Assembly (NCBI GenBank): GCA_019306065.1
Contig: JAFDMF010000013.1
Span: 12,324-76,323 of the forward strand
Source: Deltaproteobacteria bacterium
GTDB lineage: Bacteria; Desulfobacterota; Desulfobacteria; Desulfobacterales; JAFDMD01
DNA: 64,000 nt
Direction: 5' to 3'
Shown here in pieces: positions 1 through 9,133 of the stretch (positions within the stretch are counted from its first letter, which is position 1; each line of letters begins with the position of its first letter). The position numbers were made by a program, and so were the translations under genes. The notes beneath the pieces are model-generated. The model searched no databases. It was not told where the DNA came from and worked only from the letters and a program-made list of their open reading frames with translations.

Positions 1-194
1 GAAAGCAATTTTTTTTACTTGTCATTGCGCGAACAAAGTAAGGAGAAATATCATAATTAAGTTCGAGCATTAAAATTAAATGATAAAACAGGAAGTTAGA
101 CTAAAAACTTACATATATTTCATCAGATTATTACTCTTGACGAATCTAATATAATGATAATTTTTATTATTAATAAATAAGAGAAGAAAGCAAA

Positions 195-548
195 ATGATG
201 ACAATTGACGAAATGAAAAACAATTTGGAATTACTCAACTCAATTGATTGGGACATGACTCCCGAAGAGGCGGTTACTCTCTATTTGGAATGGGGTAATA
301 ATTGGGCGCATGGAAAAGTGGTGCGCTCAAAGAATGACGTAAGCCATTACTTTGTCGTAAACAACTGGAAAGACGAGCCTATTATTTATTTGATAAAAAG
401 AAATTCGGAAGAGGCGGTAGAACTTGCGGCTTTTAAAATGCCGGAACATATAAAACAAAGCTTCCTTAACTCCGTTTCGGGAATAAAAGGAGTTTATCCG
501 GTTACCGGCGAAGTAAAAAAATGGTTGCAAAAACTGCTTAAAAAATAA
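195..548 (+). CDS. hypothetical protein (117 aa)
   Basis: Intact ATG ORF from the track. No family recognised. The overlapping antisense ORF 327..683 is judged a shadow. Confidence 0.45.
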   Translation: MMTIDEMKNNLELLNSIDWDMTPEEAVTLYLEWGNNWAHGKVVRSKNDVSHYFVVNNWKDEPIIYLIKRNSEEAVELAAFKMPEHIKQSFLNSVSGIKGVYPVTGEVKKWLQKLLKK

Positions 549-626
549 AAACCATCCTCGCTCCTTTATAAAAAAAGACGGGGAGATTGAAAACATATTA
601 TTATAACTCAAAAGAAAGGAGGAGCA

Positions 627-782
627 ATGAAAAAATACGAATGCCCTTGCGGATATGTTTATGATCCTGCCGCAGGAGATCACGAAAACGGAGTAGCTCC
701 CGGAACAGCTTTTAAAGACCTACAGGGAGACTGGGTTTGCCCCCTTTGCGGAGCCAATAAAGACGCTTTCGAGGAAGTGTAA
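627..782 (+). CDS. rub: rubredoxin (51 aa, below ORF-track cutoff)
   Basis: Hand translation: [51 protein letters not shown]. Shows the classic GYVYDP and DWVCPxCG rubredoxin motifs. SD aaaggagga lies upstream. The first knuckle is CPC, not CxxC. Confidence 0.8.
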   Translation: MKKYECPCGYVYDPAAGDHENGVAPGTAFKDLQGDWVCPLCGANKDAFEEV

Positions 783-872
783 TATAACTTTTTAAAAAGG
801 AAACGTCCGAGACTAATTGCAGATGCAAAAAATAATTATTATAAAAAATACAACTAAATAATAAAGAGATTT

Positions 873-941
873 ATCGCTTCGCTCGCCAGGACGGGAAGCA
901 ATTTTTCTTATTTATCATTATCAACAGGCGACGCGAGAAAA
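873..941. repeat. family-3 repeat copy (opposite orientation)
   Basis: atcgcttcgctcgccaggacgggaagcaatttttctt matches the reverse complement of 25080-25116 at roughly 30 of 36 positions by eye. Confidence 0.5.
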
Positions 942-1004
942 AATTGTATAAAATAGGATAGTTTTACTAATATAACCATAAAAAAGTAAGAAAGGAAATA
1001 GATA

Positions 1005-1556
1005 ATGAAAAAACATACATGTTCAATATGCGGTTATGTTCACGAAGGAGATACGTCTCCTGCAAAATGCCCCCAATGCGGAGCAAGTTCCGATAAATTC
1101 AAAGAGCAATCCTGCTGCGGCTGTAGCGAAGGCTGGGCGGACGAACATATAATAGGCGTAGCAAAAGATATAGACCCGGAAGTAAAAGAAGGATTAAAAG
1201 CCAATTTTACAGGAGAATGCACCGAAGTCGGAATGTATCTTGCGATGAGCAGACAAGCAGATAGAGAAGGCTACCCCGAAATAGCCGAAGCTTATAAAAG
1301 AATAGCTTTTGAAGAGGCGGAACATGCCGCAAAATTTGCAGAACTACTCGGAGAAGTGGTTTTATCGGACACCAAAAAGAATTTGGAAATGAGAGTAGCC
1401 GCGGAAAGAGGAGCCTGCAAAGGCAAAAAAGAGATAGCAACAAAAGCAAAACAGCTAAATTATGATGCAATACATGACACCGTCCATGAAATGTGCAAAG
1501 ATGAAGCAAGACACGGACAGGCTTTTGAAGGACTTTTAAAAAGATATTTCAAATAA
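1005..1556 (+). CDS. rbr: rubrerythrin with N-terminal rubredoxin-like Cys4 domain (reverse rubrerythrin arrangement)
   Basis: N-terminus has CSICG...CPQCG. The C-terminal ferritin-like four-helix region carries EEAEHAAKF and DEARHGQAF (ExxH diiron motifs). Confidence 0.85.
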   Translation: MKKHTCSICGYVHEGDTSPAKCPQCGASSDKFKEQSCCGCSEGWADEHIIGVAKDIDPEVKEGLKANFTGECTEVGMYLAMSRQADREGYPEIAEAYKRIAFEEAEHAAKFAELLGEVVLSDTKKNLEMRVAAERGACKGKKEIATKAKQLNYDAIHDTVHEMCKDEARHGQAFEGLLKRYFK

Positions 1557-1634
1557 AATCTTGCAAAACCGCCTATAAAAAAGAGGAAAACAAAAGAAGG
1601 AGAAAAAGGCGGAGCATCCGAAAAATATCCGGAT

Positions 1635-1751
1635 GTGAGCGTTGATAAAGACTGCCGCTGCTACTGCCAAACATGCAATAAATATGTAGAACTGAAAAAA
1701 GGCGACAGAATACCTCCTTGCTGCGGTAAACTGATGGAGATATTGGATTAA
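1635..1751 (+). CDS. desulforedoxin-like small Cys-rich protein (about 38 aa, putative GTG start)
   Basis: Hand translation: VSVDKDCRCYCQTCNKYVELKKGDRIPPCCGKLMEILD. The CxxC-14 residues-CCGxxM pattern matches the desulforedoxin fold signature. No ATG is in frame, so the start is uncertain. Confidence 0.45.
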   Translation: MSVDKDCRCYCQTCNKYVELKKGDRIPPCCGKLMEILD

Positions 1752-2104
1752 AAATAAAATTTTAATTACTTAATAACTATAAGGGATAAAACTAATGTCA
1801 AGATGACCAAACGACGACCGTAGCGATAGTATGAATCCAAATAGCGACGAGTATAGAGGAGACGACGAAGACGAATAATTTTGTCGACAAAAAAAATTAT
1901 GAAAGGAGATATCCAAAGTTTTTTGCGTAGCGGCTCTTATCGATGAGGAAATAATTTTCGGCAAGTTTTGCGTTAAAAAATGTGAACTGTTTGAAAGCGA
2001 AGCTTGAGTTTTCACATTTTTCGCAAAACGCAGCCGAAAATCCGAAGCGATAAGCAAAAAACGGAGCAAACAACTTGGACATCTCCGAAATAAATATAAA
2101 CAAA

Positions 2105-2166
2105 AGAATGATAAAATTTCGTTGGATAACAAACTACGAAGTTATCCAGCAAAATTTAAACAGAGG
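2105..2166 (+). repeat. family-2 element, minimal copy E (hairpin ggataac-N10-gttatcc plus conserved SD leader)
   Basis: aatgataaaatttcgttggataacaaactacgaagttatccagcaaaatttaaacagagg aligns with both ends of copy C. Confidence 0.65.
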
Positions 2167-2172
2167 GGAAAA

Positions 2173-2649
2173 ATGGCGTTTGAATACAACATCGAAGAAA
2201 TATTAAAAATAGCGGAGCAAATCGAAGAAAACGGCGTTAAATTCTATACAGACGCAGCGGATGCCGCATCCGATTCTGACGCCAAACAACTATTGCTTAA
2301 TTTAGCGGATTTTGAAAAAGAACATAAAAAAGCGTTTGCTTCAATAAGAGAAAACCTTTCCGAAAAAGAAAAACAAAACCTAATATTCGATCCCCAAGAC
2401 GAATCCGCTCAATACCTAAAGGCGCTTGCGGATATGCGCGTATTTTTTAAAAAACAGATCGATATCAAAAACATAGAAGAGATTTTAAAAGAGGCGTTAA
2501 TTGCAGAAAAAGATTCAATACTTTTTTATCAAGCAATGAAACCGCTTATATCCGAGCAATCCGGAAAAGAAAAAATCCAAATCATCATAAAAGAAGAAAT
2601 GAAACACATTAACATACTTACCGAAAAACTAACCGCTTTAAAAAATTAA
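2173..2649 (+). CDS. ferritin-like / rubrerythrin-family diiron protein (158 aa)
   Basis: Contains FEKEHKKAF and KEEMKHI ExxH motifs. The internal ATG at 2173 is preceded by SD cagagggg. The track start at 2122 lies inside a repeat hairpin. Confidence 0.6.
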   Translation: MAFEYNIEEILKIAEQIEENGVKFYTDAADAASDSDAKQLLLNLADFEKEHKKAFASIRENLSEKEKQNLIFDPQDESAQYLKALADMRVFFKKQIDIKNIEEILKEALIAEKDSILFYQAMKPLISEQSGKEKIQIIIKEEMKHINILTEKLTALKN

Positions 2650-2673
2650 TAATCGGCAAATTACGGAGAAAAA

Positions 2674-3204
2674 ATGTTATACTCAAAAACAGTAATGGAT
2701 CATTTTAAAAATCCAAGAAACGTGGGAATAATAGAAAACGCGGATGGAATAGGCGAAGTAGGCAACCCCCTTTGCGGCGATATGATGACAATATATCTGA
2801 AAATAGAAGACCAAAAAATTAAAGAGATAAAATTCCAAACCTTCGGATGCGGTTCCGCAATAGCCGTTTCCAGCATACTCACCGAACTTGCTATACATAA
2901 AACCATAGAAGCGGCTAAAAAAATTACAAATAAAGATGTAGCCAAAGCTTTGGAAGGGCTGCCTAAAAACAAACTCCATTGCTCAAACCTCGGCGCAGAC
3001 GCTCTTCAGCTTGCTATAAAAGACTATGAAGCAAAAAAATCCGGCAAAACAAAACCGGAACCAAGAAGAGAAACCGAAGCCCACATACCAATGCATAAAA
3101 AAGAGGGACAAAAACAATGCTATTGTCCTTATTGCGACGCAAAACTATCCAAAAAAACAACCTTTTGCAAAGCATGTCAATCGGAACTGGATCAGGAGCA
3201 TTAA
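2674..3204 (+). CDS. iscU: IscU/NifU-type Fe-S scaffold with C-terminal zinc-ribbon-like tail
   Basis: Has NPLCGD, FGCGSAIA and LHCSNL, the three scaffold Cys motifs. The tail reads CYCPYCDAKLSKKTTFCKAC. Confidence 0.8.
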   Translation: MLYSKTVMDHFKNPRNVGIIENADGIGEVGNPLCGDMMTIYLKIEDQKIKEIKFQTFGCGSAIAVSSILTELAIHKTIEAAKKITNKDVAKALEGLPKNKLHCSNLGADALQLAIKDYEAKKSGKTKPEPRRETEAHIPMHKKEGQKQCYCPYCDAKLSKKTTFCKACQSELDQEH

Positions 3205-3273
3205 AACTTAATAAAAAATTAATCTGCAATGAGAAATCTCATAAAACGCTATAGGAGTAAAACACAAAACATA

Positions 3274-4434
3274 ATGAAAAAAATCAATCTTGATCATATA
3301 TCTGTAAACCCAATGCCGCCCAAAGTTCAGGATGCGATGATAAAAGCAATAAAACAAAACTACGGAAACCCCTCCAGCTTAAACGCCGGCGGCGAACAAG
3401 CCGCGGAAGTTTTGGAAAACGCCCGCGGACAGGTCGCCAAACTTATAAACTGCAAAAACAATAAAGAGGTGATATTTACATCCGGCGGAACCGAATCGGC
3501 AAACCATGCAATAAAAGGAATAGCCTTTGCAAATGCAGAAAAAGGAAAACATATAGTAACTTCAAACATTGAACACAGCTCCGTAATCAGAAGTATAAAA
3601 CGCTTAACCCAGCTCGGATACAAAGCAACCTCCGTATCCGTAGATAAAAAAGGAAGAGTCAACCCTAAAGACATAAAAAAAGCGCTAACAGACGAAACAA
3701 TACTCGTATCCGTAATGCACGGAAACAATGAAATCGGAACAATACAGCCAATAGAAGAAATAGCCAGAATAACAAAAGAAAAAAAAATACCCTTCCATTC
3801 CGACGCAGCGAATACCGTAGGAGTAATACCGATTGACGTTCAAAAACTCGGAGCGGATATATTAAGTTTTGCTTCAAACCCGTATTACGGACCAACCGGC
3901 GTAGGCGGGCTATATATCCGAAGAGGCTTAAATATATGGCCAATGTTAGACGGAGGCATACAGGAAAAAAACAAACGCGCAGGAACCGAAAATTTAATCG
4001 GAATAATAGGTATGGGAGCCGCCGCAAAACTCGCAATGGAAAAAATGGATAAAAGAAGCGAACATCTTAAAAACCTTAAAAAACTTCTTATATCCGAACT
4101 GCCTTCATACATAGACGAATACATAATAAACGGAGACCCGGAAAACAGCCTTCAGAATCTAATATCTGTAAGCGTAAAATACATCGAAGGGGAAAGCATA
4201 CTATTAATGCTTGAAGATGCAGGCTATATCGTATCTACTCGTTCCGCATGCGCCACAGGTTCTTTGCGCGCATCCCATGTGCTTCTATCCATAGGATTAA
4301 AACATGAAGACGCTCAGGGAACAATCGTGATAACTCCGGGAATCGAAAATAAAAAAGAGGATATAATCGGCTTTCTTAAAGCTTTAAAAAAAATAGTAAC
4401 AACATTAAGGGAAATATCGCCACTTTATAAATAA
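3274..4434 (+). CDS. NifS/IscS-family cysteine desulfurase homologue lacking the PLP-binding lysine
   Basis: Has NNEIGTIQP, HSDAANTVG and the SACATGS active-site Cys loop. The SxSGHKxYGP motif reads SFASNPYYGP instead. The ATG at 3274 has SD taggag; the track start at 3229 is probably too early. Confidence 0.75.
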   Translation: MKKINLDHISVNPMPPKVQDAMIKAIKQNYGNPSSLNAGGEQAAEVLENARGQVAKLINCKNNKEVIFTSGGTESANHAIKGIAFANAEKGKHIVTSNIEHSSVIRSIKRLTQLGYKATSVSVDKKGRVNPKDIKKALTDETILVSVMHGNNEIGTIQPIEEIARITKEKKIPFHSDAANTVGVIPIDVQKLGADILSFASNPYYGPTGVGGLYIRRGLNIWPMLDGGIQEKNKRAGTENLIGIIGMGAAAKLAMEKMDKRSEHLKNLKKLLISELPSYIDEYIINGDPENSLQNLISVSVKYIEGESILLMLEDAGYIVSTRSACATGSLRASHVLLSIGLKHEDAQGTIVITPGIENKKEDIIGFLKALKKIVTTLREISPLYK

Positions 4435-4800
4435 AACTTCGCTTTCTTTTTATAAGCAAGCGAGGTTTTTAATATCGGTTTTTTTAAGATGGTTATTAAA
4501 AAAAAATTTTATTAAGTTTATTTTTCCATTCTCCCTCTTCTACAAATTCCAATTCTATTTTTTTATAATTATTTTGTCCTCCGGGAAGAGCCGTCAATTC
4601 GTTTTGTTCAATAGGAAAGTCAAGGCTTTTGATATATCCGAGACTTTTTCTATCCAGTTTGTTTAATTTATGTTTGCCTCTTCATTTAATATATTCATCT
4701 TCAAGGTTATAACCGTTTGTATTAGCAATATATCTATTTAATGTCGCAAAATTTTTAATAGCAAAATATAAAGGATACAAGGAGGATGCTATTTTTTAAA
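4432..4800 (-). pseudogene. gene fragment without start codon and with an in-frame TGA (4682-4684), unknown family
   Basis: Minus-strand frame reads ...FAIKNFATLNRYIANTNGYNLEDEYIK*RGKHKLNKLDRKSLGYIKSLDFPIEQNELTALPGGQNNYKKIELEFVEEGEWK... It has no ATG and no SD. Confidence 0.3.
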
Positions 4801-4967
4801 TTTTTACGTAAAAAATTAAAAAGTAACGTTCCGATTTAAAAAAATAGCGTTATTTTTAAAAGTTAGCATATAGGCAGAATATTTATACGCAAATAAACTT
4901 TTTACATTTTATAAGCTAACATAAACAGATAAAACGCCCATTATTAAAGATATTTAATCACAAAAAA

Positions 4968-5065
4968 GAATGATTAATTTTGTTGGATAACAAAGAAATT
5001 TGTTCGTTTGCAAGGCAATGCAAAATTTTAGCGCAACGCCGAAAATGAGCAAAATAGAAAATTGC
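4968..5065 (+). repeat. family-2 element, partial copy D, upstream of gajA
   Basis: aatgattaattttgttggataacaaagaaatttgttcg...acgccgaaaatgagcaaa shares the left end and internal blocks with copies B and C. Confidence 0.5.
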
Positions 5066-5131
5066 GCAAAGGTCTTACATTTTTCTTTTAGACTATTTAT
5101 TCTGTTTTTCATTCATTTAAAAGGAAACATA

Positions 5132-7201
5132 ATGAAAATTACAAAAATTAAAGTTAAAAACTACAGGCTATTAAAAAATTTTTCTATTGATCTGGAAGAG
5201 GAGCTGTCTTTAATTGTCGGAAAAAATAATTGCGGAAAAACTTCCTTGTTATCAATAATGAATAAATCTATAAATTCGGATAAATTTTTATTCGATGATT
5301 TTAATTTAGATTTTAAAGCCGAATTAGAAAAACTAATTGAAAAACATATGTCAAAGGAAACAGAGAAAGAATATAAGCCGGTTGGCATAACTTTAAAATT
5401 ATTTATTGAGTATAATGAAAATGACAATCTTGCTAATATTAGCAAATTTATGATGGATTTAGACCCGGATAATAAAACCATAGTTCTTTTATTTGAATAT
5501 ATTTTGACGTTAGATAAGCTTAAACAGTTACGAGAGGATTTTAAGAAATTTAAAAATAGTAATCGCGATTTAGATTACTTTCTTCAAAAAAAACATTCAA
5601 ATTATTTTCGCGTATGTAAAAAAACAATCGAATTTAACATTCAAGATAAGAAAGAAAATGAGGACGTTTTTATTGACTTGAAAAAAGAAGAAAAAGCGCT
5701 CAAAGATGTAATTAATTATCAATGTATTAACGCCGATAGGGATGTTTCCAATAAAGAATCCGGCAAGCCTTTATCTCTGCTATCCTCAAAAATTTATAGA
5801 AAAATAGAAGCCGATGAAAGACAAAAAAAGGGAATTGAAGGTTTTAAAAACGCTTTGAGCAGCACGGATAAAGAATTAGGAAAAATTTATGAAAATATAT
5901 TTCAGGATGTAATAAAAAAAGTTAAAGACTTTGGAGGAATCAAGCCGGATGATACAAAAATTAAAATAACTTCAACATTACAGCATAAAGAACTGTTAGA
6001 GGGGAATACAACTGTTATGTATGAGCATGACGACAAGCATGATTTGCCGGAAAGTTATAATGGATTAGGCTATATGAACCTAATAAGTATGATTTTTGAG
6101 ATAGAAATATTATTGAATGAATTTAAAAAAAAGAAAGACGAAAAACCTGCGGATATTAATATACTTTTTATTGAAGAGCCGGAAGCTCATACGCACCCTC
6201 AAATGCAGTATATATTTATCAACAATATAAAAACGTTATTAAAAGACGGAATAAGTCGAGACGATGGAGAAAAAAGAGATTTGCAGTATATTATTAGCAC
6301 TCATTCTTCTCACATTGTAGCGGAAAGTGATTTTGATGACATCAAATACTTAAAAATAGAAAACAATGGCGTAATAGCTAACAATTTAAAAAATTTGAAA
6401 GAGGAATATAAAGACGAACAACAAAATTATAAATTTTTAAAACAATATCTAACTCTTCATAGGGCGGAATTGTTTTTTGCAGATAAAGCAATCTTTATCG
6501 AAGGAGATACCGAAAGAATTCTACTGCCGGCAATGATGAAAAAAATTGATCAGGATGATCCTAAAAACCCATTGCTTTCTCAAAATATATCAATCATAGA
6601 AGTTGGGAATTACTCTCAAATTTTTGAAAAATTCATTGATTTCATCGGGGTTAAATCTTTAATTATTACTGATATAGATTCAGTGACGGGCGATATAAAA
6701 AAATGTAGGGTGGCGGACAAGGACGCAACAATTACAACTAACGCTTCTTTAAAATTCTTTTACGGATCGAATAAACTTGAAGATTTTAAATGTGTTGCAT
6801 TGGAAAATATGGCGCTCAAAAAAAATTCCAAAAAAAAATGGGTTAAAAATAAAAACGGGCATTTGCTTTGCGTATATCAAACAGAAGAAGAGAATTCAAA
6901 AAAAGAAAAATATCATGCAAGAAGTTTTGAAGATTCTTTTTTTCATATAAATCGTCAATTTATTACTGATAATATTGATAATAAAAATAATTTCAAAAGT
7001 TTAAAAAATAAAAACTGCCTTAAAGACACAAGTAAAGACGCTTACGATCTATCAGAAGAATGTATAAATAAAAAACCGGCGTTTGCTATAGAGATTCTAT
7101 TAAATAGCGAAACTGACGATAAAGGAAAACAATTTACTAACTGGAAAATACCGGATTATATTAAAAAAGGATTATTATGGTTGAAGAAAGATCAAAATTA
7201 G
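5132..7201 (+). CDS. gajA: OLD-family ATP-dependent endonuclease (ABC-type ATPase + TOPRIM), Gabija GajA-like
   Basis: Starts MKITKIKVKNYRLLKNF. Walker A is GKNNCGKTS and Walker B is ILFIEEPEAHTHPQ. TOPRIM motifs are IFIEGDTERILLP and IITDIDS. The track start at 5000 falls in a repeat element; ATG 5132 follows SD aaaggaaa. Confidence 0.8.
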   Translation: MKITKIKVKNYRLLKNFSIDLEEELSLIVGKNNCGKTSLLSIMNKSINSDKFLFDDFNLDFKAELEKLIEKHMSKETEKEYKPVGITLKLFIEYNENDNLANISKFMMDLDPDNKTIVLLFEYILTLDKLKQLREDFKKFKNSNRDLDYFLQKKHSNYFRVCKKTIEFNIQDKKENEDVFIDLKKEEKALKDVINYQCINADRDVSNKESGKPLSLLSSKIYRKIEADERQKKGIEGFKNALSSTDKELGKIYENIFQDVIKKVKDFGGIKPDDTKIKITSTLQHKELLEGNTTVMYEHDDKHDLPESYNGLGYMNLISMIFEIEILLNEFKKKKDEKPADINILFIEEPEAHTHPQMQYIFINNIKTLLKDGISRDDGEKRDLQYIISTHSSHIVAESDFDDIKYLKIENNGVIANNLKNLKEEYKDEQQNYKFLKQYLTLHRAELFFADKAIFIEGDTERILLPAMMKKIDQDDPKNPLLSQNISIIEVGNYSQIFEKFIDFIGVKSLIITDIDSVTGDIKKCRVADKDATITTNASLKFFYGSNKLEDFKCVALENMALKKNSKKKWVKNKNGHLLCVYQTEEENSKKEKYHARSFEDSFFHINRQFITDNIDNKNNFKSLKNKNCLKDTSKDAYDLSEECINKKPAFAIEILLNSETDDKGKQFTNWKIPDYIKKGLLWLKKDQN

Positions 7202-9063
7202 AGCCTGAAGTTCAAAAAATATTTAAACATATAGATAATGGCGATAATTTTTTGCTGAGCGGCGGCGCAGGCAGCGGAAAGACCTATTCATTAGTGCAGG
7301 TTGTCAAACAGGTAATATCGAAAAATCCGACCGATAGAATTGCCTGTATGACCTATACAAATGCCGCTGTAAGAGAGATTGAAGAGAGAGTAACCTATAA
7401 AAACTTATTCGTATCTACCATTCACAATTTTTTGTGGGATAATATAAAACATTTTCAGAAAGTATTAAAAAATTCTTTGATTAATTTAATAAATGACGAG
7501 GAATCTAAAATCAAAAACCCGGAAGATGCGCCTGTGCTGGAATCTTATTTTGATCAATGTAAAGAAGGCATACAATACAAAGAATATTTAAAGTTAAAAG
7601 ATGGAATTATCTCTCATGATGAAATTTTGATATTGGCTAATTATGTCTTTAAAAACTATCCTAAACTTTGCGATATTCTAAAGGATAAATTTAAATTTAT
7701 CTTTATTGATGAATATCAAGATGCCGATAAAAATTTTATCCAAATCCTTCTTATTCATTTAAAACAAAGCAAGAAACAAAATATAATCGGTTTTTTTGGC
7801 GACGCTATGCAATCTATTTATGATAACGGCGTCGGCGATTTGGATCTTTATAAAGGCGAAGTAAAAGAAGTAAAAAAAAAGCAGAATAGGAGAAACCCGG
7901 AATTAATTATTGAGCTTGCTAATAAACTAAGAACCGATGGAATTAAACAAACCAAGTCAGAGGATACCAACGCTCCGAATATGATGAAAAATAGCAGGAT
8001 TAAAAAAGGTAATATTAAATTCTATTACTCTCAAAATAAAGATAAAGATAAAGATATAGAAAGAGTAAAGCAGAAGACAGGTTGGGACTTTGAAGATGCT
8101 AAACAGACAAAAATACTAAATTTAACTCATAATTTAATAGCTCCGAAAGCGGGATTTTCTAATCTCATGGAAATATATGATAAAGATAGAATCATAAAAT
8201 ATAAAAATAGAATAAAAAAATATATTAAAGATAAGGATATTAAAGATGATTTTTCCGAAAAAACTTTTGGAGAAGTAATTGAGATTTTATCAGACAAAGT
8301 TAAACCAACGAAGGCAATGAAAGATTTTATTAATTCTAATCAAGAATTATATAAATCTGCGAAAGGATATAAGTACCAATCTTTTGCTAAAATATATTTA
8401 GATAAAGAATCTTTAATTGACGACAAAAAGCAAGATAAAGACGAGGAGAATAAAAAAGGTTCTAAAAGGGACGATTTAATAAAGCATCTTTTTAAGATCC
8501 AAAATAATATCTCATTTTACAATGCAAAACAATTCAACGACTTTTTAAGAGCAACGGAATATAAAATAACTTCAATTCAAGATAAAAAAGAGTTAAAAGA
8601 CAACATTATTGAATTAACAGAAGTCGGAGATAAAACCATAGAAGAGATTATAAACAAAGCCGATGAATTTGGAATTTGTAAGAAAGACGATAAGCTTGCA
8701 AGATTTATATCCGAAAAAGAATATCTTTATAATCGCGTAAAAAAAATAAAATTTTTCGAGTTTCAAAAACTATACAATTATCTTGAAGGCTACACGCCGT
8801 TTTCTACGCAACATAAAGTTAAAGGGACAGAATTTGATAATGTTTTAGTAATTTTGGATAATGGCGGATGGAATCATTATAACTTTAAAGGATTATTTGA
8901 AAATAATGCTTCCAATAGCGTTAGAAAACGTACCGAAAAAATATTTTATGTTTGTTGCACTCGCGCAAAAAAAAATCTATCCGTATTTTTTAATAGCCCA
9001 TCAGAAGCAGTAATCACAAAAGCGAAAGATTGGTTTAGAGAAAAGAATGTCCGCGAAATATAA
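7177..9063 (+). CDS. gajB: UvrD/Rep-family SF1 helicase, Gabija GajB-like
   Basis: Walker A is SGGAGSGKTYS; motif II is FIFIDEYQDAD. Later helicase motifs are KVKGTEFDNVLVIL and YVCCTRAKKNL. Overlaps the upstream nuclease gene by 25 nt. Confidence 0.8.
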   Translation: MVEERSKLEPEVQKIFKHIDNGDNFLLSGGAGSGKTYSLVQVVKQVISKNPTDRIACMTYTNAAVREIEERVTYKNLFVSTIHNFLWDNIKHFQKVLKNSLINLINDEESKIKNPEDAPVLESYFDQCKEGIQYKEYLKLKDGIISHDEILILANYVFKNYPKLCDILKDKFKFIFIDEYQDADKNFIQILLIHLKQSKKQNIIGFFGDAMQSIYDNGVGDLDLYKGEVKEVKKKQNRRNPELIIELANKLRTDGIKQTKSEDTNAPNMMKNSRIKKGNIKFYYSQNKDKDKDIERVKQKTGWDFEDAKQTKILNLTHNLIAPKAGFSNLMEIYDKDRIIKYKNRIKKYIKDKDIKDDFSEKTFGEVIEILSDKVKPTKAMKDFINSNQELYKSAKGYKYQSFAKIYLDKESLIDDKKQDKDEENKKGSKRDDLIKHLFKIQNNISFYNAKQFNDFLRATEYKITSIQDKKELKDNIIELTEVGDKTIEEIINKADEFGICKKDDKLARFISEKEYLYNRVKKIKFFEFQKLYNYLEGYTPFSTQHKVKGTEFDNVLVILDNGGWNHYNFKGLFENNASNSVRKRTEKIFYVCCTRAKKNLSVFFNSPSEAVITKAKDWFREKNVREI

Positions 9064-9104
9064 TATTTTAAAAAAACAAACTATTTTGTTTTTTTAAAAA
9101 GCTT

Positions 9105-9133
9105 GCTCAAATTTTAATCGCAAAAATTTGAGC
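9105..9133 (+). terminator. stem-loop downstream of the helicase gene (10-bp stem gctcaaattt/aaatttgagc)
   Basis: Perfect inverted repeat read in the sequence. No clear T-tract follows. Confidence 0.35.

Noticed and set aside
327-683. Antisense or shadow ORFs inside well-supported genes. Examples: 327..683-, 1207..1509-, 3360..3728-, 12751..13128-, 24455..24907+, 33490..33837+, 45964..46287+, 51082..51480+, 56338..56730+, 57208..57627+.
   Set aside because: Each lies opposite a gene with clear family motifs. They have low-complexity or odd composition and no SD, and are typical frame shadows in AT-rich DNA.
4682-4684. In-frame TGA in the gene fragment left of the Gabija island, considered as a possible selenocysteine.
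   Set aside because: There is no start codon, no recognisable family with a redox Cys, and no hairpin downstream. It fits a decayed fragment.
5000-5131. N-terminal extension of the OLD nuclease ORF (TTG start at 5000).
   Set aside because: The extension runs through the family-2 repeat copy D and has no SD. ATG 5132 gives the canonical MKITKIKVKNYR N-terminus after aaaggaaa.
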